DNA from: an uncultured Bacilli bacterium
GTDB lineage: Bacteria > Bacillota_I > Bacilli_A > RF39 > UBA660
Length of the DNA: 64,000 bases
Direction of reading: 5' to 3'
Assembly: GCA_934085585.1 (NCBI GenBank)
Contig: CAKOHI010000006.1
Span: forward strand, 520-64,519
The notes below the pieces were generated by a model, which was not told where the DNA came from, ran no database searches, and worked only from the letters and a program-made list of their open reading frames with translations. Position 1 is the first letter of the stretch, and each line of letters starts with the position of its first letter. The position numbers and the translations under genes were made by a program. This document shows positions 45,873 to 54,493 of the stretch, piece by piece.

Positions 45873-47054
45873 ATGAAAATTGGAATTTTTACAGATGCGT
45901 ATGAACCCCATATATCCGGAGTAACAACAAGTATTAAAATGTTAAAAACAGCATTAGAAAAAATGAATCATGAAGTCTATATTGTTACTGCCAATCTTGA
46001 AACAAATAAATTTGTTTATGATAAAAAAAATAAAATGATAAGCTTACCAGGAATAAAAACAGGTATTTATGAAACAAAATTAACTGGAATATATTCTAGA
46101 AAAGCCATGAAAATTATAAAAACTTGGAACCTAGATATTATTCACTCTCAAACAGAATTCGGAGTTGGTTATTTTTCAAGAATTGTAGCTAAAAAATTAA
46201 ATATACCTGTAGTGCATACATACCATACTTTATATGAAGATTATGTACATTATGTTACTCACGGACATTTTAATAACTTTGCTAAAAAACTAGCTATCAA
46301 AGTAACAAAATATTATTGCGAAAAAAAATGCGACGAATTAATTGTACCTACCGATAAAATAAAAGATTTATTTATAAACAAATACGATATTAAAAAGACA
46401 ATTAATGTTATACCAACTGGAATAGACATTGATAAATTCAAATTAACACCAGCAATGAAAAAAGAAATTATTAAAATCAAGAAAAAATATGATATCAAAG
46501 AAACCAATTTTATAATAGGGTCCGTAGGTAGAATAGCACCAGAAAAGAGTTTTGATAAATTACTTTATAATATAAAGGATATGATAAAATACAATAATAA
46601 TATAAAAGTAATGCTCGTCGGTGGTGGTCCAGATTTAGACAATTTAAAAGAATTAACAAAAAAACTTAATCTAGAAAAAGTAGTAATTTTTACTGATAAA
46701 GTTGATTATAATTTAGTTCCAACATATTTTAATACTTTTGATGTAATCACATCATTTTCTAAAACAGAAACTCAAGGACTAACTATAATCGAAGGACTAG
46801 CAGCATCAAAACCAACAATATGTATTAACGATGATTCATTTAAAGCAATGATTGAACCAAACTACAATGGCTATTTATTTAATAATGATAAAGAATTTAG
46901 AGAATATATTTTTAAATTAATGAGAGACCCAAAACTTTACAAAGATATGTCAACCAATGCTAGAAATAGTACCTATAAATATTCAAAAGAAGTATTTGCA
47001 TCAGACATATTAAAAGTTTATCACAAAGCTATAGAAAAGTACAAAAATTCATGA
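45873..47054 (+). CDS. GT4 (GT-B) glycosyltransferase, glycolipid (glucosyl-diacylglycerol) synthase-like
   Basis: 393 aa. The N-terminus MKIGIFTDAYEPHISGVTTSIKMLKTALEKMNHEVYIVT resembles the MGlcDAG-synthase/CpoA group. C-terminal E-x7-E-type region TETQGLTIIEGLA. Confidence 0.75.
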   Translation: MKIGIFTDAYEPHISGVTTSIKMLKTALEKMNHEVYIVTANLETNKFVYDKKNKMISLPGIKTGIYETKLTGIYSRKAMKIIKTWNLDIIHSQTEFGVGYFSRIVAKKLNIPVVHTYHTLYEDYVHYVTHGHFNNFAKKLAIKVTKYYCEKKCDELIVPTDKIKDLFINKYDIKKTINVIPTGIDIDKFKLTPAMKKEIIKIKKKYDIKETNFIIGSVGRIAPEKSFDKLLYNIKDMIKYNNNIKVMLVGGGPDLDNLKELTKKLNLEKVVIFTDKVDYNLVPTYFNTFDVITSFSKTETQGLTIIEGLAASKPTICINDDSFKAMIEPNYNGYLFNNDKEFREYIFKLMRDPKLYKDMSTNARNSTYKYSKEVFASDILKVYHKAIEKYKNS

Positions 47055-47078
47055 GAACAAACTCATGAATTTTATTTT
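47045..47078 (+). terminator. Terminator of the GT4 gene
   Basis: 11-bp perfect stem aaattcatgag/ctcatgaattt enclosing the TGA stop, 6-nt loop, T-rich tail. Confidence 0.75.
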
Positions 47079-47119
47079 ACATACCAATAATATAAGTAAT
47101 ATTGAACACAATAGAAATC

Positions 47120-47151
47120 GCATATATCTTAATGATTTTTTAGATATATGC
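47120..47151 (-). terminator. Probable terminator of sufS
   Basis: 10-bp perfect stem gcatatatct/agatatatgc with a 12-nt loop, ~45 nt after the sufS stop. The T-tail on the minus strand is only moderate (GATTTCTATT). Confidence 0.4.
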
Positions 47152-47193
47152 AAAAAATTTAATATTACAGTTACAATAGAAAAAAAATAGAAG

Positions 47194-48390
47194 TTAAATC
47201 ATTTCATCTTCTATTTTTTGTTTATTCTTAAGTAGTTCTACTAATTCATCAATTTCTTTTTCAGTGTTATAGAAAAACAAACTAATTCTTAATGTATTAG
47301 CTACACCCGTAGCATTTTTAAGTATTTTTGCGCAATGATTACCAGCTCTTACACAAACATTATATTTATTTAAAAAGTAAGCAACATCTTGACTAAAAAT
47401 ACCATCAACATTAAATGCTACAATTCCACTATCAGCTTCTAAATTTATAATATCTATATGATCTATAGGTATTAATTTTTCTATTAAGTAATTTCTTAAA
47501 TGTAATTCTCTTTCATGAATTTTATCAATACCAATCTTATTGATATATCTTATAGCTTCACCAAGTCCAATAACACCAGCTATATTCGGAGTTCCAGCTT
47601 CAAGTCTTGTTGGAAGTTCTTTTAAAAATACTGTATCAACCGTATCAAAAGATTCATTCATACCTCCACCTAAATTAATTGGTTCTAGTTCTTCAAGTAA
47701 TTCTCTTTTTCCATATAAAACACCAATACCCGTAGGTCCAAGCATTTTATGTCCAGAAAAAGCTAAAAAGTCTATATCTAAATCTTGAACATCAGTTTTT
47801 AAATGAGGAACCATCTGTGCTCCATCAACAACTACAAAAATATCATTTTCATGAGCAAATTCAGTAATTTCTTTAATAGGTCTAATATCACCAACAACAT
47901 TTGTAATACCAGCTAAAGCAATAACCTTAGTATTCGGAGTAACACTTTTTCTTACATTATCCATAGTTACATGTAAAGACTCATCTAAAGGTATAAAATT
48001 AACTTTACAACCAATTTCTTTACTTAATCTAAACCAAGGAAGGACATTCGAAGCATGTTCACTCGTAGTAATTAATATTTCATCATTTATATCAAGTAAA
48101 TTACCAAAAAAACCATTAGCTATCATATTTAATGAATCAGTTGTTCCACTTGTAAAAACTACTTCTTCTTTACTTTTAGCATTAATAAAGTTTTTAACTT
48201 CTTCACGTGCATTTTCATATTCAACATCAACTTTAAAAGAAATATCATAATCTCCACGATGAGCATTAGCACTATAATTTTCATAATAATCAGTCATTTT
48301 ATCTATAACGCATTTAGGTTTTAAACTAGTTGCACCATTATCGAAATATATTATATCTTGTTTTAACATAGGAAAATCTTCTCTATACAT
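47194..48390 (-). CDS. sufS: SufS/CsdA-type (group II) cysteine desulfurase
   Basis: 398 aa. FPML start region, FSGHKMLGPTGIGVLYG (PLP Lys), and the active-site loop RAGNHCA diagnostic of group II enzymes. Monocistronic and ~30 kb from the suf operon. Confidence 0.9.
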   Translation of the reverse strand: MYREDFPMLKQDIIYFDNGATSLKPKCVIDKMTDYYENYSANAHRGDYDISFKVDVEYENAREEVKNFINAKSKEEVVFTSGTTDSLNMIANGFFGNLLDINDEILITTSEHASNVLPWFRLSKEIGCKVNFIPLDESLHVTMDNVRKSVTPNTKVIALAGITNVVGDIRPIKEITEFAHENDIFVVVDGAQMVPHLKTDVQDLDIDFLAFSGHKMLGPTGIGVLYGKRELLEELEPINLGGGMNESFDTVDTVFLKELPTRLEAGTPNIAGVIGLGEAIRYINKIGIDKIHERELHLRNYLIEKLIPIDHIDIINLEADSGIVAFNVDGIFSQDVAYFLNKYNVCVRAGNHCAKILKNATGVANTLRISLFFYNTEKEIDELVELLKNKQKIEDEMI

Positions 48391-48551
48391 AAATATTTAC
48401 CTCTTTTCTATTTACTATAATTTATTCACTTTTTAATTGCCCAATTATAACAAAAGCCTTGTCCAGTTTTTATTATAACCATCAACAACACTATTATATA
48501 ACAAAAATTTCAATAAAACTAGAGTTTATTTCTCATATCATCACAAACAAA

Positions 48552-48580
48552 TTGACATAAGGTCTATTTTCAAATATAAT
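48552..48580 (+). promoter_or_regulatory. Consensus sigma-A promoter of the orphan sRNA candidate
   Basis: TTGACA (48552-48557), exactly 17 nt, TATAAT (48575-48580). Confidence 0.65.
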
Positions 48581-48586
48581 TAGATA

Positions 48587-48682
48587 GTGAGAAACATCTC
48601 TTTTTCATATTTTTACCAAAAGGCGTGACCTTGGATGTTTCTTCACACACAAAAAACACAAGCTTAACCACTTGTGTTTTTC
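48587..48682 (+). ncRNA. Candidate small RNA (~95 nt), family unknown
   Basis: Starts ~7 nt after the -10. A 12-bp stem GUGAGAAACAUC/GAUGUUUCUUCAC (one bulged U) encloses ~37 nt. This is followed by terminator aacacaag-cttaacca-cttgtgtt plus a T-run (48655-48681). There is no + strand gene downstream; both flanking genes are on the minus strand. Confidence 0.5.
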
Positions 48683-49776
48683 TTATTTAATTTTAAATTA
48701 ACATCTGTTTTTACAATACTATAAATAATTGAAACCAAAGGAACACTTAATAACATTCCAAGCACTCCATTTATACTTGCCCCCACAGTGACCGCAACAA
48801 GGACCCAAATACCTGGAAGCCCAACTGACTTACCTACAACATGTGGATAAATCAAATTACCTTCAAATTGTTGTAAAACAATTATAAATATTACAAATAT
48901 AACTGCTTGCAAAGGATTTACCATAAATATTAAAAAGGCCCCCACTAAAGTTCCAATAAATGCTCCAAAAACTGGAATTAATGCAGTAAATCCCACTAAT
49001 ACCGAAATAGTACCAGCATAAGGAAGTCTTAATATAATCATTCCTATAAAACATAAAATACCAATTATCAAAGCTTCAATACATTGTCCACTTACAAAAC
49101 TTGCAAATATTTTATTAGATAATGTAGCTATTTCATTTATTTTTTTACAGCTTTTTTTAGATAAATAAGCTTCCATTAATTTATTAATTTGTCTAGATAT
49201 TTTTTCTTTATCAACTAAATAATAAATAGCAAATACAAAACCAATAAAAACATTTACAAAACTACTAACTACATTCGAAGCTATTCCCAAAGTCACAGAT
49301 ATAACAGTATTCCTATTATTAATTACATAATCACTCGCTACATCTCCAAAACTTTCCATAGTTTTTACTATTTCATCAATAATATTATCAGGTATTTTAA
49401 TTTTTACTAACAATTCCTTTAAATTACTTAAATATTCAGGAATATTATTAGCAAAAATAACTATTGTATCTTGTAAATTAGGAATTATTAAAAATAATAA
49501 CAATATAAAGAAACTTAAAACTAACAATATAGCTAAACTTAAACTAACTCCTCTTTTTATATTTTTATTCCATTTTACTTTTTTTAGCCATTTATTTTCT
49601 ATAACATTCATTAAAACATTTAATACAAAAGCAATCATTAACCCAATTATAAATGGCATAAACAATTTAATAATATATTTTAATACTTCAAAAACTTCTT
49701 TTATATAAATAAATGCAAATACTAAAACAACTGCATAAAGTATTAATAATCTTATATCTTTTTTATTGAATTTCAT
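48664..49776 (-). CDS. AI-2E family transporter (PerM/YhhT, UPF0118)
   Basis: 370 aa, 8 TM. C-terminal half with LQQFEGNLIYPHVVGKSVGLPGIWVLV is typical of the family. Confidence 0.8.
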   Translation of the reverse strand: MKFNKKDIRLLILYAVVLVFAFIYIKEVFEVLKYIIKLFMPFIIGLMIAFVLNVLMNVIENKWLKKVKWNKNIKRGVSLSLAILLVLSFFILLLFLIIPNLQDTIVIFANNIPEYLSNLKELLVKIKIPDNIIDEIVKTMESFGDVASDYVINNRNTVISVTLGIASNVVSSFVNVFIGFVFAIYYLVDKEKISRQINKLMEAYLSKKSCKKINEIATLSNKIFASFVSGQCIEALIIGILCFIGMIILRLPYAGTISVLVGFTALIPVFGAFIGTLVGAFLIFMVNPLQAVIFVIFIIVLQQFEGNLIYPHVVGKSVGLPGIWVLVAVTVGASINGVLGMLLSVPLVSIIYSIVKTDVNLKLNKKNTSG

Positions 49777-50468
49777 ACTAATCCCTTCAAATAATCTTTA
49801 ACATTTAGAATTTCATAAACAGCAAATTGAATATTTTCTTTTTCAATCTTTTTTACCATTAATTCATTTTCACTAAAATCTTCAAATATTAAAGAATAAT
49901 TATCCCCATTATTATCACATTCTACTCTATAAGAATATTCATTTTTATAATCCTTTATAACTGGATCTACTCTCTTACTATTATAAATTTTATCTATTAA
50001 AGAAGTCATAGTTTTTTCACTAATATCTCCCCCTAGAAAACTGCTTAATCCATTATACTCATAAACCCACATATCACTAAGGACATATTCTTCACTACAA
50101 TAATTATCAGAAGCATAAGAAATATATACTTCACGATAATAATCTTTACTAGAAATATCATAACTAGTTATAGTTATATTATTATCTTTATCATAATAAT
50201 ACTTTCCATAACAAGCTTGTAATTTTTCTAAATACTTCTTTTTTTCATCTTCTAACACTGTATTAGATAAAAAAGTATAAAATTTTGCTTCAGGGTTCTC
50301 TTTATCATCAACAACATACATAAATCTTTTAATAGGAATACCATCCCCATCCATTAATTCACCTTTATAAGCTTCATATATAAAAGTTTTATTAATAAGC
50401 AAGAAAAAGGCTCCTCCTATAAGTAAAAATATAATAGCAATATTAATAAGTCTAATAATTAATTTCAT
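49773..50468 (-). CDS. Membrane-anchored hypothetical protein
   Basis: 231 aa. N-terminal TM/signal anchor, the rest unrecognised. Sandwiched with 3-4 nt junctions between tex and the transporter gene. Confidence 0.5.
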   Translation of the reverse strand: MKLIIRLINIAIIFLLIGGAFFLLINKTFIYEAYKGELMDGDGIPIKRFMYVVDDKENPEAKFYTFLSNTVLEDEKKKYLEKLQACYGKYYYDKDNNITITSYDISSKDYYREVYISYASDNYCSEEYVLSDMWVYEYNGLSSFLGGDISEKTMTSLIDKIYNSKRVDPVIKDYKNEYSYRVECDNNGDNYSLIFEDFSENELMVKKIEKENIQFAVYEILNVKDYLKGLV

Positions 50469-50471
50469 ACA

Positions 50472-52613
50472 CTACTCCTCTATTAAAGATAAATTAACTC
50501 TTCCTTTGTCCTTATCTATTCCACAAACATATACAGTAATAATATCTCCAACTTTTAATATTTCACTCGGATGTTTTACAAAATTTTTACTCATTTTAGA
50601 TATATGAACAAGTCCATCATCATGAAGTCCAATATCTACAAAAGCACCAAAAGCTGTAACATTTCTAACTACTCCTTCTAGACTCATACCAATTTCTAAA
50701 TCATCAATAGTTAATACATCACTTCGTAAACTTACCTTTTTTAATTCATCTCTCGGATCTATTACCCCATTAACTAAATTATTTTTAATCATTTCCCATT
50801 TTTCTTCAGAAATATCAAATTTATTCTTTAACTCTTCAAACTTAATTTTATCAAGAGCCTCTTGCATTTGTTTTGTACCTACTAGACTAGCATCTATATT
50901 TTTATCATTTAATATCTTACTAACTAATTCATAATCTTCTGGATGGATATTAGTTTTATCAAATGGATTATTTCCAAAAATTCTTAAAAATCCAGCAGAT
51001 TGTTGAAACATCAATTCATCCATTCCCGCTACTTTTTTTAGATCTTCTCTTGATTTAAATACTCCATTTTTCTTTTTATATTCTTGCATTTTACCAATAA
51101 CTTTTTTATTTAATCCAGATACATATCCAAGTATACTATCACTTGCATTATTTAAATTTACTCCGACTTCATTAACAACTTTACTAACAACAAATCCTAA
51201 TTCTTCATCAAGCTCTTTTTGTTTTAAATCATGTTGATATAAACCAACCCCAATACTCTTTGGATCAATCTTAACAAGTTCTGATAAAGCATCTTGAAGT
51301 CTTCTTCCTATACTAACTGCACTTCTTTGTTCAACAGAATAATCTGGGAATTCTTTTTTAGCCAAACTACTCGCCGAATAAACACTAGCACCAGCTTCAC
51401 TTACAATAATATATTTAACATCTAGATTATATTTTTTTATTAAGTTTGCCACAAACATCTCACTTTCACGAGAAGCTGTACCATTTCCAATAGCTATTAT
51501 TTTAATATTATGTTTTTGTATTAATGCAAGCATTATTTTTTCAGCCATATCAACTTCTTTTTTTGGTTCATGTGGATAAATTACTCCGATTTCTAAAACT
51601 TCTCCAACTTCGCTTAATACAGCTAATTTACAACCGGTTCTAAAAGCAGGATCAAAACCAAGAACCACACTACCTTTAATCGGTGGTGTTAATAATAAAT
51701 TCTCCAAATTATTACCGAATTCATTTATTCCAAATTCACTTGCTTTATCGTATAATTCTGCTTTTATATCCCTTTCTAATGATGGCTCCAATAATCTTTT
51801 CCAAGCATCAAGAATAAATATTTTCATATCTTCAACTAATGGTGATTTTTTTCCACCAATTATTTCATCTTCTAAATATTTAATTACATCATCTTTTGAA
51901 ACACTTAAAGAATATGTTACAACTTTTTCTTTATCTGCTCTAGCTAATGCCAATATTTGATGTGGCTTAATACTAGTTATCTTACATTCAAAATCATAAT
52001 ATATTTCATAAGTTTTATTTTCATCTTTAGCATCTTTTTTTATCTTACCTTTTACTAATCCATTATACCAATAATAATTTCTAATATATTTTCTAAATTT
52101 AGGTCTATCACTAATCCAATCAGCAATTATATAACCAGCATTAGTTATTGCATCATCAATACTTTTAACATTTTCATTAATAAAAGACTTTGCTATTTCT
52201 TCTCTACTCTTATTAGGTAAACTCATTATTATTTTAGCTAAAGGTTCTAACCCTAATTTTATTGCTTCAGTACCTTTAGTCTTTCTTTTTTCTTTAAATG
52301 GTGCATAAATATCTTCCACTTCACTTAATTTATTTGCATCATTTATTGCTTTTACTATTTCTTCTGTAAGCATTCCCTTTTCATCAATTAATCTTTTTAC
52401 ATCTTCTTTTCTATTTTCTAAATTAACCATATAATTATATTCAGTTTCAATTAATCGAAGCTCATCTTCATTTAAATTACCAGTTACTTCTTTTCTATAT
52501 CTAGCCATGAAAGGAATTGTTGCTCCTTCACTTAACATATTTATAACATTTTTTATTTGATAATCTTTCAAATTTATTTTATTACTAACTTTCTTTATTA
52601 CTTCTTCATTCAT
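50472..52613 (-). CDS. tex: Transcription accessory protein Tex (S1 RNA-binding domain)
   Basis: 713 aa. N-terminal Tex HTH, YqgF/RuvC-like core (VLGFDPAFRTGCKLAV), HhH motifs, and a C-terminal S1 domain (GVVRNVTAFGAFVDIG). Confidence 0.9.
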   Translation of the reverse strand: MNEEVIKKVSNKINLKDYQIKNVINMLSEGATIPFMARYRKEVTGNLNEDELRLIETEYNYMVNLENRKEDVKRLIDEKGMLTEEIVKAINDANKLSEVEDIYAPFKEKRKTKGTEAIKLGLEPLAKIIMSLPNKSREEIAKSFINENVKSIDDAITNAGYIIADWISDRPKFRKYIRNYYWYNGLVKGKIKKDAKDENKTYEIYYDFECKITSIKPHQILALARADKEKVVTYSLSVSKDDVIKYLEDEIIGGKKSPLVEDMKIFILDAWKRLLEPSLERDIKAELYDKASEFGINEFGNNLENLLLTPPIKGSVVLGFDPAFRTGCKLAVLSEVGEVLEIGVIYPHEPKKEVDMAEKIMLALIQKHNIKIIAIGNGTASRESEMFVANLIKKYNLDVKYIIVSEAGASVYSASSLAKKEFPDYSVEQRSAVSIGRRLQDALSELVKIDPKSIGVGLYQHDLKQKELDEELGFVVSKVVNEVGVNLNNASDSILGYVSGLNKKVIGKMQEYKKKNGVFKSREDLKKVAGMDELMFQQSAGFLRIFGNNPFDKTNIHPEDYELVSKILNDKNIDASLVGTKQMQEALDKIKFEELKNKFDISEEKWEMIKNNLVNGVIDPRDELKKVSLRSDVLTIDDLEIGMSLEGVVRNVTAFGAFVDIGLHDDGLVHISKMSKNFVKHPSEILKVGDIITVYVCGIDKDKGRVNLSLIEE

Positions 52614-52683
52614 TTTTATACCTCAATTCTTTTTTATTATACCAAAAAAACATGGATAACACCATGTTTTTCATTAAATAACA

Positions 52684-53409
52684 CTATTTTCTTGTTCTTT
52701 TTAGTTGTTCTTCTAGACGTTCTTCATATGGTTTATACTCTTCTTTTTCTTTTTCTAAATCACATAATTTACAAAGCCCTAGTCTTACCATATCATACAA
52801 AGTTTCACTAGATAATATCTTATCTCCATTAATACTTTCCTTTGAATCTTGTCTTATAAAATATCCCTTTTCTAAATCTACAACCGGACTAATTAATAAG
52901 TCTCCATTTAAACTATCCTTTAAAGGTTTAGAAAATTTAGCCAAAACTCCTAATATTGGAATGCTTTTATTTTGACTTGGAAAATAATTATCTCTTAATT
53001 TATGCCATAAAGTTAATAATTCAACATTTTCTTTTGGTATATCAGTATTATTCCATAAACAATTTAAATATAATCCAACATTATCATAATCTTTAATTAT
53101 TGTGGCTACAAAATCAGAATAACTAATATTTTTCTTCTTTAATAATTCACTAACTGGTAAATACAAAAAATCATCTAGATTAGCAATAAAATTAAAATTT
53201 GCATCCCTAAAAAACACTTTACCATCCACACCCAAGTAAACCAATAATTTAGTATTTTCACTTTTTCCATTTTCATTTTTAATAACAGAAATAGGACCAA
53301 AATACATTTCTTGTTTTACTTGAAAATCTTTTCCCCATATTTTACTTAAAACATAACTTATACTCACCAAATAAGTAGTATCATTATTTACATATTTAAA
53401 ACATTTCAT
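52684..53409 (-). CDS. Hypothetical protein
   Basis: 241 aa. GGGGGAG RBS. Its promoter TTGACT-17-TATAAT is readable on the minus strand around 53425-53455. No family recognised. Confidence 0.55.
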   Translation of the reverse strand: MKCFKYVNNDTTYLVSISYVLSKIWGKDFQVKQEMYFGPISVIKNENGKSENTKLLVYLGVDGKVFFRDANFNFIANLDDFLYLPVSELLKKKNISYSDFVATIIKDYDNVGLYLNCLWNNTDIPKENVELLTLWHKLRDNYFPSQNKSIPILGVLAKFSKPLKDSLNGDLLISPVVDLEKGYFIRQDSKESINGDKILSSETLYDMVRLGLCKLCDLEKEKEEYKPYEERLEEQLKRTRK

Positions 53410-53485
53410 ACAATCTCCCCCAATTAGATATATATTATATATATTTTTTTACATAAAGTCAAGAAAAAAAGCACATTTCTGTGTT

Positions 53486-53665
53486 TTAAATTCTTTTAAA
53501 AATTTTCTTTTTTCTATTAAAAACAAATATAATACTAGCCATCATTATTAACAATAAAGTTCCAGTCACTGGAGCAAAGAAACCAGTATTTGGATTTTCA
53601 ATTCCTATATTTAATGATAATAAACAGCCACAATTATTTATGTCCAGTATAATAAAGTCTTTCAT
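53486..53665 (-). CDS. Unlisted 59-aa single-TM peptide (coordinates +/-1)
   Basis: Minus-strand ORF MKDFIILDINNCGCLLSLNIGIENPNTGFFAPVTGTLLLIMMASIIFVFNRKKKIFKRI, below the ORF-track length cut-off. It overlaps the end of the 75-aa ORF in another frame and is followed by a short hairpin plus T7. Confidence 0.3.
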   Translation of the reverse strand: MKDFIILDINNCGCLLSLNIGIENPNTGFFAPVTGTLLLIMMASIIFVFNRKKKIFKRI

Positions 53666-53861
53666 TTAAAATATTAGCAACATAATCAATTTCATCATAA
53701 TCTTCATCATCTATATCAGCATCATCTAAATACTTATCTATAAGTAATAATACTTCAGATAACATTTTACATTTACTTACATCAATATTACATTTATTTA
53801 AAACACTAATTTCATAATCATTTACATAAATATTTTCTCCATACTTCTTTAGTTCATCCAT
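53634..53861 (-). CDS. Small acidic hypothetical protein
   Basis: 75 aa with an Asp/Glu-rich segment DDADIDDEDYDEIDY. No family recognised. Confidence 0.4.
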   Translation of the reverse strand: MDELKKYGENIYVNDYEISVLNKCNIDVSKCKMLSEVLLLIDKYLDDADIDDEDYDEIDYVANILNERLYYTGHK

Positions 53862-53947
53862 TATAATTCTCCATTTCCAATTATATTTTATAACAACAAA
53901 TAAATTTCTTCAAGAAAAAAAGTACACACTAATGTGTACCCAAAATA

Positions 53948-54334
53948 CTATTTTACTTCAATATATCTTTTATTTTTATCTTCATCAACTTTAGAAACAC
54001 TAATTGTTAATATTCCATCTTTAAATTCTGCTTCCATAGTTTCTTCATCGATATCTTCTAGATGGAAACTTCTTTCAAGTCTACCATACATCTTACGTTC
54101 TCTATGTAAATAATTTTTATTATCTTCATGTTTTTCATGGTGTTCTGCTTTAATAACAATATTTCCTTTATTACATTCAACTTTTATATCTTTTTTATCA
54201 TATCCAGGAACATCCATTTCTATAAACACTTTATTATCTTTTTCAAAGATATCGCATTTCATCTTATTTTCCTTTTCTAAATCACTCAACATATCATCAA
54301 AAAACATTCTGCTTGGTAACATAAATATCATCAT
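53948..54334 (-). CDS. Hsp20/alpha-crystallin small heat-shock protein
   Basis: Alpha-crystallin domain (DIFEKDNKVFIEMDVPGYDKKDIKVE...RSFHLEDIDEETMEAEFKDGILTISVSK). The exact start among three nearby ATGs is uncertain. Confidence 0.85.
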   Translation of the reverse strand: MMIFMLPSRMFFDDMLSDLEKENKMKCDIFEKDNKVFIEMDVPGYDKKDIKVECNKGNIVIKAEHHEKHEDNKNYLHRERKMYGRLERSFHLEDIDEETMEAEFKDGILTISVSKVDEDKNKRYIEVK

Positions 54335-54418
54335 CCTTTCATATTTAATATTTTCAAATTCTTTATGTTTATACTTTGAAAATGTTTTTATTTGTTAATC
54401 TCTTTAATTAACACTATC

Positions 54419-54447
54419 ATTATATTACCTATGTTAGCACTTGTCAA
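54419..54447 (-). promoter_or_regulatory. Consensus promoter of hsp20
   Basis: Minus strand reads TTGACA (54447-54442), 17 nt, TATAAT (54424-54419). Confidence 0.7.
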
Positions 54448-54460
54448 GTATAAGTGCTAA
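54434..54460. promoter_or_regulatory. CIRCE element (HrcA operator)
   Basis: TTAGCACTT-N9-AAGTGCTAA is a perfect 9-bp inverted repeat with a 9-nt spacer. The consensus is TTAGCACTC-N9-GAGTGCTAA. It overlaps the -35 of the hsp20 promoter. Confidence 0.85.
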
Positions 54461-54493
54461 TATTCACAAAACTTTCACATTTACTTATCTATA

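Noticed and set aside
48587-48682. Identity of the sRNA candidate as SRP RNA, 6S RNA, tmRNA, RNase P RNA or a riboswitch
   Set aside because: The size is wrong for 6S, tmRNA or RNase P. The SRP domain IV motifs (GGAA/AGCA symmetric loop) are absent. No downstream gene exists for a riboswitch. It is kept only as an unclassified candidate.
53530-53570. NPNTG plus hydrophobic helix plus RKKK as a sortase (LPXTG-type) cell-wall sorting signal
   Set aside because: The ORF is 59 aa, has no signal peptide and has no upstream passenger domain in frame. It is more simply a single-TM peptide.
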